The notes under the pieces are model-generated. The model did no database searches and had not been told where the DNA came from. It saw nothing but the letters and a program-made list of their open reading frames with translations. From NCBI RefSeq assembly GCF_009914755.1, contig NC_060935.1: DNA of 64,000 bases. The stretch is one strand, 5' to 3'. Positions 1 to 14,999 of this stretch are shown here, piece by piece. Source of the DNA: the human T2T-CHM13v2.0 reference genome, Homo sapiens. The number at the start of each line of letters is the position of its first letter. Positions within the stretch are counted from its first letter, which is position 1. The translations under genes were made by a program, and so were the position numbers.

Positions 1-292
1 CTCACACCTGTAATCCCAGCACTTTGAGAGGCTGAGGCAGGCAGATCACAAGGTCAAGGGTCCGAGACCAGCCTGGCCAATATGGTGAAACACCGTCTCT
101 ACTAAAAAATACAAAAATTATCCCGGCACGGTGGCGGGAGCCTATAGTCCCAGCTACTCAGGAGGCTGAGGCAGGAATTGTTTGAACCAGGGAGGCGGAG
201 GCTGCAGTGAGCCGAGATCGCGCCAAGGCACTCCAGCCTGGGCAACAAAGCGAGACTCCATCTGAAAAGAAAAAAGAAAGAAAGAAAGAAAA
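1..292 (+). mobile_element. Alu (AluS-type, cut by window start) with (GAAA)n tail
   Basis: CTCACACCTGTAATCCCAGCACTTTG...TACTAAAAAATACAAAAATTA...CACTCCAGCCTGGGCAACA followed by an A/GAAA tail. Confidence 0.95.
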
Positions 293-570
293 ATTGGAAT
301 GCAATAGAGATAGTTGCATAACAAAGAGACTAAAATATTGTCTTTATAAGAGAGGGTTTCAGAAATATTGTTAGTTTCTAAAGAAAGAAGATGAGAAAAT
401 CACATTCAATACAATAATTAGCAGTTTCTTAATGCTTTTACAAGTTAATTTTCTTTTGGGTTAAATAAAATAAAAATATTAGGAACTTTGTTTTATACAA
501 ATGCATTGAACAATATGCAAGAAAATATAATAACTAATATAAATCTGATGAATCAGGTAAACAATTAAAT

Positions 571-801
571 TTACATAAAAAGTACACATTCAAGGGGTGA
601 CGGACGGCACCTGGAAAATTCGGTCACTCCCACACGAATACTGCGCTTTTCTGACGGGCTTGAAAAACGGCGCACCACGAGACTATATCCCGCACCTGGC
701 TCCGAGGGTCCTACGCCCACGGAGTCTCGCTGATTGCTAGCACAGCAGGCTGAGATCAAACTGCAAGGTGGCAGCGAGGCTGGGGGAGGGGCGCCCGCCA
801 T
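571..801 (-). CDS. L1 ORF0 (antisense 5'UTR ORF), 76 aa, last residues encoded by TSD/flank
   Basis: ATG at 801-799 gives MAGAPPPASLPPCSLISACCASNQRDSVGVGPSEPG...SEKRSIRVGV, matching primate L1 ORF0; stop at 573-571 lies outside the element; expression unknown. Confidence 0.7.
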   Translation of the reverse strand: MAGAPPPASLPPCSLISACCASNQRDSVGVGPSEPGAGYSLVVRRFSSPSEKRSIRVGVTEFSRCRPSPLECVLFM

Positions 802-1256
802 TGCCCAGGCTTGCTTAGGTAAACAAAGCAGCCGGGAAGCTCCAACTGGGTGGAGCCCACCACAGCTCAAGGAGGCCTGCCTGCCTCTGTAGGCTCCACC
901 TCTGGGGGCAGGGCACAGTCAAACAAAAAGATAGCAGTAACCTCTGCAGACTTAAGTGTCCCTGTCTGACAGCTTTGAAGAGAGCAGTGGTTCTCCCAGC
1001 ACGCAGCTGGAGATCTGAGAAGGGGCAGACTGCCTCCTCAAGTGGGTCCCTGACCCCTGACCCCCGAGCAGCCTAACTGGGAGGCACCCCCCAGCAGGGG
1101 CACACTGACACCTCACACGGCAGGGTATTCCAACAGACCTGCAGCTGAGGGTCCTGTCTGTTAGAAGGAAAACTAACAACCAGAAAGGACATCTACACCA
1201 AAAACCCATCTGTACATCACCATCATCAAAGACCAAAAGTAGATAAAACCACAAAG

Positions 1257-2273
1257 ATGGGGAAAAAACAGAACAGAAAAACTGGAAACTCTAAAACGCA
1301 GAGCACCTCTCCTCCTCCAAAGGAACGCAGTTCCTCACCAGCAACAGAACAAAGCTGGATGGAGAATGATTTTGACGAGCTAAGAGAAGAAGGCTTCAGA
1401 CGATCAAATTACTCTGAGCTACGGGAGGACATTCAAACCAAAGGCAAAGAAGTTGAAAACTTTGAAAAAAATTTAGAAGAATGTATAACTAGAATAACCA
1501 ATACAGAGAAGTGCTTAAAGGAGCTGATGGAGCTGAAAACCAAGGCTCGAGAACTACGTGAAGAATGCAGAAGCCTCAGGAGCTGATGCGATCAACTGGA
1601 AGAAAGGGTATCAGCAATGGAAGATGAAATGAATTAAATGAAGCGAGAAGGGAAGTTTAGAGAAAAAAGAATAAAAAGAAATGAGCAAAGCCTCCAAGAA
1701 ATATGGGACTATGTGAAAAGACCAAATCTACGTCTGACTGGGGTACCGGAAAGCGATGGGGAGAATGGAACCAAGTTGGAAAACACTCTGCAGGATATTA
1801 TCCAGGAGAACTTCCCCAATCTAGCAAGGCAGGCCAACGTTCAGATTCAGGAAATACAGAGAACGCCACAAAGATACTCCTCGAGAAGAGCAACTCCAAG
1901 ACACATAATTGTCAGATTCACCAAAGTTGAAATGAAGGAAAAAATGTTAAGGGCAGCCAGAGAGAAAGGTCAGGTTACCCTCAAAGGGAAGCCCATCAGA
2001 CTAACAGCGGATCTCTCGGCAGAAACCCTACAAGCCAGAAGAGAGAGGGGGCCAATATTCAACATTCTTAAAGAAAAGAATTTTCAACCCAGAATTTCAT
2101 ATCCAGCCAAACTAAGCTTCATAAGTGAAGGAGAAATAAAATACTTTACAGATAAGCAAATGCTGAGAGATTTTGTCACCACCAGGCCTGCCCTAAAAGA
2201 TCTCCTGAAGGAAGCACTAAACATGAAAAGGAACAACCGGTACCAGCCGCTGCAAAATCATGCCAAAATGTAA
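1257..2273 (+). pseudogene. L1 ORF1p, disrupted
   Basis: MGKKQNRKTGNSK...QNHAKM; in-frame stops TGA 1584-1586 and TAA 1635-1637. Confidence 0.95.
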
Positions 2274-2324
2274 AGACCATCCAGACTAGGAAGAAACTGC
2301 ATCAACTAACCAGCAAAAGAATGA

Positions 2325-6136
<3,812 letters not shown>

Positions 6137-7422
6137 ACAATGAAATCACATGGACACAGGAAGGGGAATATCACACTCTGGGGACTGTTGTGGGCTAGGG
6201 GGAGGGGGGAGGTGGGAGGGACAGCATTGGGAGATATACCTAATGCTAGACAACGAGTTAGTGGGTGCAGCGCACCAGCATGGCACATGTATACATATGT
6301 AACTAACCTGCACAATGTGCACATGTACCCTAAAACTTTAATTAAAAAAAAAAAAGTACACATTCAATGAATTAAAAACTAAGCAAAATCACCAAGTGAT
6401 AAGAGCTCTTGATTTTAAAATATATGTAGACTTTTTGAGTTTAGACATAAGAGACTTGAATTAGAGGGTAGGGAGCATAGCTCAAAACACGTCTAAAGCT
6501 CCGAATCTCAAAATAACTGGATTTCATCTCCCAAACATTGTTTCTAAGTTCTACATCAAAAGAAATATAAGCATTTACTTGTACAATATTTTAGTCCCAT
6601 ATGTAATTCCATTAAATCATACCAGTACAGGGGAGGCAGAGATAATACAGCGGTCAGCTGGTATGGAAACCATAGGTGAGCTGCTTAGTGGACAGGGCTC
6701 CAGGGCCCGGTAACCACTGTGGTCCAGTAAGGTGAGAGAATAATCTGTAGGTGCATAGACAACACCAAATTATTCATGAACATCTATCTGGCCAAATTCA
6801 CCCAAATGAACCATTGAGGGAAATAAGATGGTGGAGTTGGGCAACATTTTGTGACAGGCCATAGTGTCTGCTGTGCCCACATCCCAGATGATGTGAACAT
6901 CGCCACTTCTATCAGGTGCAAATTCACTGACAAGGTCAAGAGCAAGAGCCATGGGGAATTTCCCTCCATAAAAGTGTCTGTCTCCTTACCAAGTCACAGC
7001 CCCAACTCAGCTTCTTTCAGAGTTCTACCAAGGCAACTTCCTGTTTATCTCCACATTATTAATGCCTACATTTAATACAAATACCATTTTCAATTAATAC
7101 GTCATTGCAATTGAGAAAAGACTTTTGTGAACGGAAATTCCAAGAACTTATTTTGAAGAATATTAGTCAGATTCATTCACCGAATATTAATCTATCACTT
7201 GCAACTATGCAATGATTAAAATCTTTGCAGCACTTGAACATGTGTGCATGTGTCTTTCTGAATGTGTGTCTGTCTCAAGGAAAGAGGGAGAGACAGGGCT
7301 AGAAAATTTGGAGCAGAATGAAAGAGAATAAAAGAATAGCTGTAATTGATGCATACTAATTAGAGTTTTCTTGATAGCACATTTTTGCAGAAACTCTCAC
7401 ATTCTTTAAATACACTCATGCA

Positions 7423-7455
<33 letters not shown>

Positions 7456-7490
7456 AAGACAGACAGGCAGAGAGAGAGAGAGAGAGAGAG
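7423..7490. repeat. Compound (TG)n(AG)n microsatellite
   Basis: Direct inspection. Confidence 0.9.
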
Positions 7491-8010
7491 GAGGTAAAAA
7501 AAGCAGAGTTTAGAATTCCTATTAAAACTATAGTCCTAAAATTTGATTTTATTCCCCCAAGAAGTAGTTCAGTGAATACAAAGGAGAAATATATATTAAA
7601 CTTATAGCATTTCTCACCTATGTGATATTTAACAATCCCTTAAAAATCATAAATGGTGAAAAATAATGCATAAGAAAAAAAGAATGGATAATAGAAATTA
7701 TTTTATATTTCCAGTTTCATGTATCATTGTGGCTTTGGTCTGTGAACATATATTCCATTTGATTTCTAGATGAAATTTCATTTAAAAATATTCATTATTT
7801 TGGAGAACCTAACAAAGATATATAGAATCATAGTAAAGTCAACATGCCATGATCTTGAATCAGTTTGGTAACTTTCTTTATCCCTAACTGGATACAACTA
7901 TTAACAGAATGTGTTTACTGAGAAAATATTCTAATAAAAAAATGTAGATATAAACTAGACTTTGAAAGTAACTAAAATATGCTCTTTAGTTGAGATTTTT
8001 AGCCAAACAA

Positions 8011-8955
8011 TCACAGAAAGGAAGAGGTCCTTTTCCTGCTAATTACATTCGCTAAAGCCTTCTTTACTTCCTTATTCCTGAGGCTGTAGATCAGAGGATT
8101 CAACATGGGAATCACCACTGTGTAGAACACAGAAGCCACTTTGTCCTGATTCAGGGAGTAGCTGGAACTAGGTCTCAGGTAAGTATAGATGCAGGTGGCA
8201 TAGAACAGAATTATGGCTGTCAGGTGAGAGGCACACGTGGAGAAAGCTCTGTGCCTCCCCTCCCCCGAATGCATAGAAAAAATGGAGAAGAGAACGTAGG
8301 AGTAGGAGGAGAGGATGACAAGCAGAGTCCCCACAATATTCACACCAGCCAAAATAGAACTTATGCTTTCTTTCAGGATTGTGTCAGAACAAGAGAGCTT
8401 GAAAAGTGGGGGACTGTCACAGAAGAAGTGATGGATGACATTGGAGTCACAGAATGACAAGCTGCTGACATGGCTTGTGTTGACCATGAAGTTCAGCAAC
8501 CCTGCAGCAAAAGCCCCGGCTGCCATTTTTAGGTAGACGGTCCTGGACATGATCAAGGAGTAAAGCAGCGGGCGACATATGGCCGCATACCGGTCATAGG
8601 CCATTAACCCAAAGAGGATGCATTCGGTTGTCGCCAGGGAGATAAAGAAGTACATCTGTAGGAAGCAGCCAGCAAAAGAGATGGTTTTCTTCTCTGATAA
8701 TAAATCTGCCAGCATCTTTGGGGTGATGGTAGTTGAGTTACAAACGTCCACAAAGGACAGGTTAGCCAGGAAGAAATACATGGGTGTGTGAAGCTGGGAA
8801 TCGATCCTGATTAAGAGGATCATCCCGAGATTTCCCAGTACTGTAAGTGTATAAATCACAAGAAAAAACAAAAAGAGGATAATCTGTAGCTCCAGCGTGT
8901 CTGCTAATCCCAATAGGACGAACTCAGTCAGTGAGGTATAATTTTTTCTGGTCAT
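8011..8955 (-). CDS. OR5F1: Olfactory receptor 5F1, 314 aa, intact single coding exon
   Basis: N-terminal NYT sequon; motifs [46 protein letters not shown]; sequence recognised as OR5F1. Confidence 0.93.
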   Translation of the reverse strand: MTRKNYTSLTEFVLLGLADTLELQIILFLFFLVIYTLTVLGNLGMILLIRIDSQLHTPMYFFLANLSFVDVCNSTTITPKMLADLLSEKKTISFAGCFLQMYFFISLATTECILFGLMAYDRYAAICRPLLYSLIMSRTVYLKMAAGAFAAGLLNFMVNTSHVSSLSFCDSNVIHHFFCDSPPLFKLSCSDTILKESISSILAGVNIVGTLLVILSSYSYVLFSIFSMHSGEGRHRAFSTCASHLTAIILFYATCIYTYLRPSSSYSLNQDKVASVFYTVVIPMLNPLIYSLRNKEVKKALANVISRKRTSSFL

Positions 8956-9009
8956 TTATGAGAAATATATTTTGTGTAAACTTTGTATTAGTTGCACATA
9001 TTTTCCTCT

Positions 9010-9660
9010 CTAAAAGTTTACAAAAAAAAAAAAAGAAGTGTTAATAGGACAGTCACATATGGCAAATAAATAAACAAAAACCCAGAATAATATGTCATAA
9101 TTACTGAAGTAAGAGGAATATTAGAGGACCCATGGGTAAGCATTTACATGTAATAAACAATTGATTGTATTGAATTGGAGTTGTAGGCTTCTCAAATCAC
9201 TGGCTGAAGTCCACATACTCTATTTCTGTGAATACAAATACTTTGTTCTATTGTTTCTATACTAGCCCACATCCAAAATGTAAAATAATAAAAATATTCT
9301 TGCTAAAATTTCTCCCATTCTCAGAGCAGGTATGTGAATTTAACTCAATGCATTCTTTTTTAATTTTCTCAAAATCACTCTGTACATTCTTCAACTCCAA
9401 AATTCATACTTTATCTCTTGAGAATGGCTTATGTGTAGCCCTAAGCAGCAAAAAGAGTGACCATTTCAAATAATCAATATTTTCACATCTATTGTATCCT
9501 TAAAAATAATTTAGTGATGTTTTAAAAGTAAACCAAATGATTGTTATACTACAATGTCCATTATCAAGTTAATTCCAAGAAGCAGCCGACAGGGTACCTA
9601 TCCACCTTACTTAATAACATTACCAAATCTTTAAAACTTCCTCCCCAGATGGCTACTTAC
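9010..9660 (-). other. Candidate 5'UTR intron of OR5F1
   Basis: Minus strand: consensus donor AG|GTAAGT at 9660; long T tract followed by ...ACTTTTAG acceptor ending at 9010, 54 nt before the ATG; no transcript evidence. Confidence 0.4.
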
Positions 9661-10868
9661 CTAAGTAAGTAACTATTATTTTTTTTTTATCAGAGGTTCT
9701 TAGTTGGAGCTTAAAAATAAAAGAAGAAAATTTAATTTAAAAAATGCAGTGGAAAATTGAATTATCTATTGGTAAAATCTTAAGATGCCTTATGATTAAA
9801 TACTTGTTACTGCACTTGTATTTTGTTTTTCTCCAAGAAGACAGGGTAACCATGGGGAGTAGATTATAGCTATTAATTGCAGAGTCAATTCTCTACAGGC
9901 AGGAGCTCTGTCTCAAAACAATATTAAATATAATATGATCACATAGAGATGTATGGAATCAGACATTATGAAAGTCTTACATCATAAAGTGGTTTGTGAC
10001 CTCTGGAAAATAATTGTCTATCTACACTGACTCTCTCTGTGTCTGTATTTTTAGCTTATTCTAAGTGCGTGACTAAACTATCGTTCTCCCCCTGTGCCAT
10101 TTTAGTATGTGGGTGCACCCCTCTTTTTTTCGGTGTGACTTAAAATTCAGCTATTTTCCTGTATAAAGGTAGTGAGAAAGGGTAGTTAATAAATATCTAT
10201 TGTATGATTTTTAAAGAAATCCTATAACCTGAGCAAATAGCACAATAGATTTAAAAATTATTATATATTTATGATTTTGAAATTGTGTTGGTTTTTGCCG
10301 TTACTATTTGTGATTCTTATCCTGCAAAGACATGAAGCTATAGATTTTCTAGATCTAAATTCAAAAAGAAGACAACGTAAAATATACTACATTGGGTATT
10401 CAAATGCAAAGAGAGTCTATTTGCATAGGGAACTCATAATGCAGCAATTGCTATGTTAATTATTTTGTTTAAATTCTCAATTACTTCTCTCAACCAGTCT
10501 TTCAGGTTGACATTATTATTCGCACATTTTATAGATGAAAAAAGTAAGGCTTTAATCTGTTAAACAACTTCCCCAAAGATAAACTGTTGGTAAGTAGAGG
10601 AATAAACTTGAACACAATCTTCAACATAAAGAACTAATACCTAGCTCGCTATTTCCTATCATGCTCCATTTTAGCTTATATGTGTATATATATGTGTGTA
10701 TGTTTACGTGTATGTGTATATGTAGCGTGTGTGTATGTATATCTCATAGTGAATCTAATCCTCCAATCTTCAAAGCATGTAGGAGACATCAGCATCTAAA
10801 GGGAGGCCTCTAACATAATGCAAGAAATTTGTTAAAAAGTTGACTTTTAAAGATCTCACCATCATGTC

Positions 10869-11248
10869 TGATATGGTTTGGCTGTGTCCCTACCCAAATC
10901 TCATCTTGAATTGTAGTTTCCATAATCCTCACATGTCATAGGAGGGACACCATGGGAGGTAATTGAATCATGGGAGTGGTTACCCTAATGCTGTTCTTTT
11001 GTGATAGTGAGTGAGTTCCCATGAGATCTGATGGTTTTATAAGGGACTTTTCACTCTGTTGCTCATTCTACTTCTCCTTGCTGCTGCCATGTGAAGAAGA
11101 ATATGTTTGCTTCCCCTTCTGCCATGATTGTAAGTTCCCTGAGGCCTCTCCAGCCATGCTTAACTGTGATTCAATTGAACTTCTTTCCTTTATAAATTAC
11201 CCCGTCTTAGGTACGTCTTTATTAGCAGTGTGAGAATGGACTAATACA
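10869..11248 (+). mobile_element. THE1 (THE1C/D-like) MaLR solo LTR
   Basis: TGATATGGTTTGGCTGTGTCC...GAGAATGGACTAATACA; 5-bp TSD ATGTC/ATGCC. Confidence 0.92.
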
Positions 11249-11696
11249 ATGCCATCAAGACCTATGCCATGATTGATTATTACCTATTATATTTTCAATA
11301 TTTATCTGCTTATGTATGTAAGAATACATAACTTAAGGAATGAAAGTATGTGAAATAATTTTTACTGGAGAAACTCAACTGTGAATTGAAAGAGATGGAG
11401 GAAAAACAATATATTCTCAATTCATGAATTTTGTTAGAATCAAGGAGAGAAGATAATACTATGAAAAAAGAAGAGATTGATGTTATCAAACCTTAAAAAA
11501 GCAAAGACTGAAAAAGTAGAATGAACTGGAAGTTTTAATTTAAAGTTTTGAAAGGAGTTTATTCAGGAAGAAGCAGAAAGAACAATGAATAAAAATACTT
11601 TAATTCATGAATGTTTAAATGGGGACAATACGGCCTTAGAAACCATTAATTTCTTAAAGCCATTGTGGTATAGCTTTCCTACAAAAAACTTTCATT

Positions 11697-12317
11697 TTTT
11701 TTCTTTTTTAAAATTATTATTATACTTTAAGTTTTAGGGTACATGTGCACAACGTGCAGGTTTGTTACATATGTATACATGTGCCATGTTGGTGTGCTGC
11801 ACCCATTAACTCGTCATTTAGCATTAGGTATATCTCCTAATGCTATCCCTCCCCTCTCCCCAACCCCACAACAGTCCCCGGTGTGTGATGTTCCCCTTCC
11901 TGTGTCCATGTGTTCTCATTGTTCAATTCCCACCTAGGAGTGAGAACATGCAGTGTTTGGTTTTTTGTCCTTGCGATAGTTTGCTGAGAATGATAGTTTC
12001 CAGCTTCATCCATGTCCCTACAAAGGACATGAACTCATCCTTTTTTATGGCTGCATAGTATTCCATGGTGTATATGTGACACATTTTCTTAATCCAGTCT
12101 ATCATTGTTGGACATTTGGGTTGGTTACAAGTCTTTGCTGTTGTGAATAGTGCCGTAATAAACATACGTGTGCATGTGTCTTTATAACAGCATGATTTAT
12201 AATCCTTTGGGTATATACCCAGTAATGGGATGGCTGGGTCAAATGGTATTTCTAGTTCTAGATCCCTGAGGAATTGCCACACCGACTTCCATAATGGTTG
12301 AACTAGTTTACCAATGG
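11697..12317 (-). mobile_element. 5'-truncated L1PA (L1PA4/5-like) 3' end
   Basis: polyT, L1 3'UTR and ORF2 C-terminus; TSD AAAAACTTTCATT at 11684-11696 and 12318-12330. Confidence 0.93.
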
Positions 12318-12329
12318 AAAAACTTTCAT

Positions 12330-14100
12330 TCTTAAGGGTACAGTTTGATGAGCTTTGACAACACATACAGTCTTGTAACAACTACCACAATTAAGACAGA
12401 ATATTTCATTTAGCCTCATAGATTCCATTATATTTCTTTATATTTAATTCCTCTCCTTCCTCTAGTCCCTGACAACCACTGGGAAACCACAGATGTGATT
12501 TCTGTAATTCTTTTCCCCTTTTTAGAGTATGATCTAAGTGAAATCATACAGCTTATAGCCTTTCAAATCAGGCCTTCATCTTTACTATGATGTTTTGAAA
12601 TTCAACCATGTTGTTCTTTTATCACTTCGTTTTTTGTGAGGTTTTTTTGCCTTTATAAAAAAGAAACTTCCAAAAGCAATGGACTAATGGACTACTAAGT
12701 AGTAGTCCATTCCATTATGTAAAACTAATTGAGAGAAAATGACATTGTTTCCAAATAAGAGCCATTATAAATAAAGCTTGTCTTTGTATCTACATATTTT
12801 TAAAATTTCACTTGGGTAATAACTGGAAGTCTATTGGATCATAAGGTAAGTAAAAGCTATTTAAGAGACTGACAAACTTTGACAACATTTTAAAACGGTG
12901 TTTTGTGTCAACACAACAATGTCTGGGAGTTCCCGTTGCTCTAAATCATTACCAGCACTTGGCATTTTCTTTCTTTTACATTTTTTAGCTAGTCTGATAG
13001 ATGTGCCATTATTTCTCATTGTGGTTTTAATTTGAATTTCCCTAACAACTAATCATTTTAAACATTTTATATGTTTTCTTGCTATCACTATTTTTTGTTG
13101 TTTTGGTAAAATGTCCGTGAAAATTTTCTCTTTGGTTGTTCGTTTTATTATTACTGTTTTTTCATAGTTCCTTTTATACCCTGGATACAAGTCCTTTAAT
13201 GCATATGCACTTTCACAATGCATGCTTTCAGTTTATGCCTTGACTTTACATTTTTGAGAGTAGCTTTTTATAAGCAGAAGGTAATTTCAATTAAGTGAAG
13301 CAAGTACATAGATACAAAGACAAGCTTTATTTATAATGGCTCTTATTTGGAAACAATGTCATTTTCTCTCAATTAGTGTTATGTAAGAGAATGGAATACT
13401 ACTTAGCAGTCATTATTAAGTCCATTGCTTTTGGAAGTTTCATTCTTATAAAGGCAAAAAAGAAAAAAACCCACAGAAACAAATAAAATGATACAAGCAA
13501 CAGCATGGTTGAATTTCAAAACATCACAGTAAGGAAGAAAGCCTGATTTGAAAGGCTACAAGTTGTATGATTTCACTTAGATCATATTCTAAAAAGGGGA
13601 AAAGAATTACAGAAATCACATCTGTGGTTTCCCAGTGGTTGTCAGGGACTAGAGGAAGGAGAGGAATTAAATATAAAGAAGTATAATGGAATTTATGAGG
13701 CTTTACTTATATGTTTGTGTTTTCTTGTGTAATGTCTAAGAAATATTTTCCTAACCCCAGGTCAAAAAGATTTTCTTCTGTTTTATTTAAGTGTTTTCTG
13801 TTGTTTCAAGTTTTAAATTAGGTCTATCATTTTCCCCTCTATTTTGATATGCAGTTTAATGAAGGATTTGTGGTTTATTTCTTCCATCCTTTCTTTCTTT
13901 TTCTCTTTCTTTTTTCCTTTTATTTTTATCACAAATTAATTTCCAATTTATCCACTACCATTTTTCAAAACACCATCATTTTTATATAGATTTACTTTGG
14001 TATTTTGTGAAATTGTATTGGCTATATATATATATATATATGGATCAATTTCTGAACTCTATGCTGTTCTTGATTACTGTAGATTTATAATTCAATTATT
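12330..14100 (-). mobile_element. Ancient L1M (MB/MC/MD-type) 3' region containing an internal inverted duplication
   Basis: Degenerate L1 motifs (CTCATTGTGGTTTTAATTTGAATTTCCC, CTGGATACAAGTCCTTT); boundaries approximate. Confidence 0.65.
12412..13702. repeat. Inverted repeat, arms 12412-12792 and 13309-13702, spacer 516 bp
   Basis: Manual reverse-complement alignment; perfect blocks of 93 bp (12434-12526 / 13588-13680) and 69 bp (12724-12792 / 13309-13377). Confidence 0.95.
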
Positions 14101-14199
14101 TTAGTTTTTAGTGTACAATAAATTATTTTTTACGGTACTCATCATATTACATTATCAAAAGCTTTTAAGTAAAGATTTCTGTTAAAAATTTTCTATTAA

Positions 14200-14935
14200 T
14201 GTTACTTATTTTTATTCAAAAAATAAATATACAGTTATCAAATTAACATATTAGATATTGAAATGTGTTGACTTGATATGTGTACATATTATTTAATGAT
14301 TATCACAATCAAATTCATTAACATATCCATATCCTTATATGCTGTATATAAAATATCCAGAACTTGTTTATCTTGCAAATGAAAGATTATACCCTTTCAT
14401 TAACATCTACCCATTCTCCTCCACATTCCCTCAGAGAGTGTATAACACCTTTCTACTCTGTTTCAATGAATTCAACTTTTTTACATACCACACACATGTG
14501 TGATCATACATTATTTGTCTTTCTGTGCCTGGCTTATTGCATTTAGTCTAATGCTCTCCAGGTTCATCAATATAGTTGAAAGTGTCAGGATTTCCTTCTT
14601 TTATGACACTGAATAATATTTCACTGTATGCCTACACCACATTTTCTTTCTCCATTTATCCATTGATAGACACTTAAGTTGTTTCCATATGTTGGCTACT
14701 GTGAAGAATGGTGCAATGAGCGTGGGAGTGCAGATATCTCTCTGAAATTCTGTTTTCACTTCATTGGATATACACCAGAAAAGAGACTGCTGGATTACGT
14801 GGTAGTTCTATTTGTACTTTTAACTGGAACATTTAAGTTGCTTTCTTTAATGGCTGTACTTATTTACATTCTCACCAACAGCGTATAAGGGTTCTCTTTT
14901 TTCACATCCTTGCCAACACTTCTTAGATTTGTTTT
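14200..14935 (-). mobile_element. L1MA-type 3' end fragment
   Basis: Degenerate L1MA 3'UTR/ORF2 end (TTTGTCTTTCTGTGCCTGGCTTATT, ACATTCTCACCAACAG). Confidence 0.7.
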
Positions 14936-14999
14936 TTGGAAAATGTGGTACATGTACACTGTGGAATCATATGCAGCCATAAAAAAGACAAAATAGTAA

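Noticed and set aside
6770-7075. Short ORFs in a GC-richer block shared by both OR5F duplicates (also 27895-28101)
   Set aside because: Frames are not preserved between the two copies and have no recognisable motif
8224-8457. Antisense ORF over OR5F1 with a counterpart at 29605-29793
   Set aside because: By-product of the near-identical OR coding strands
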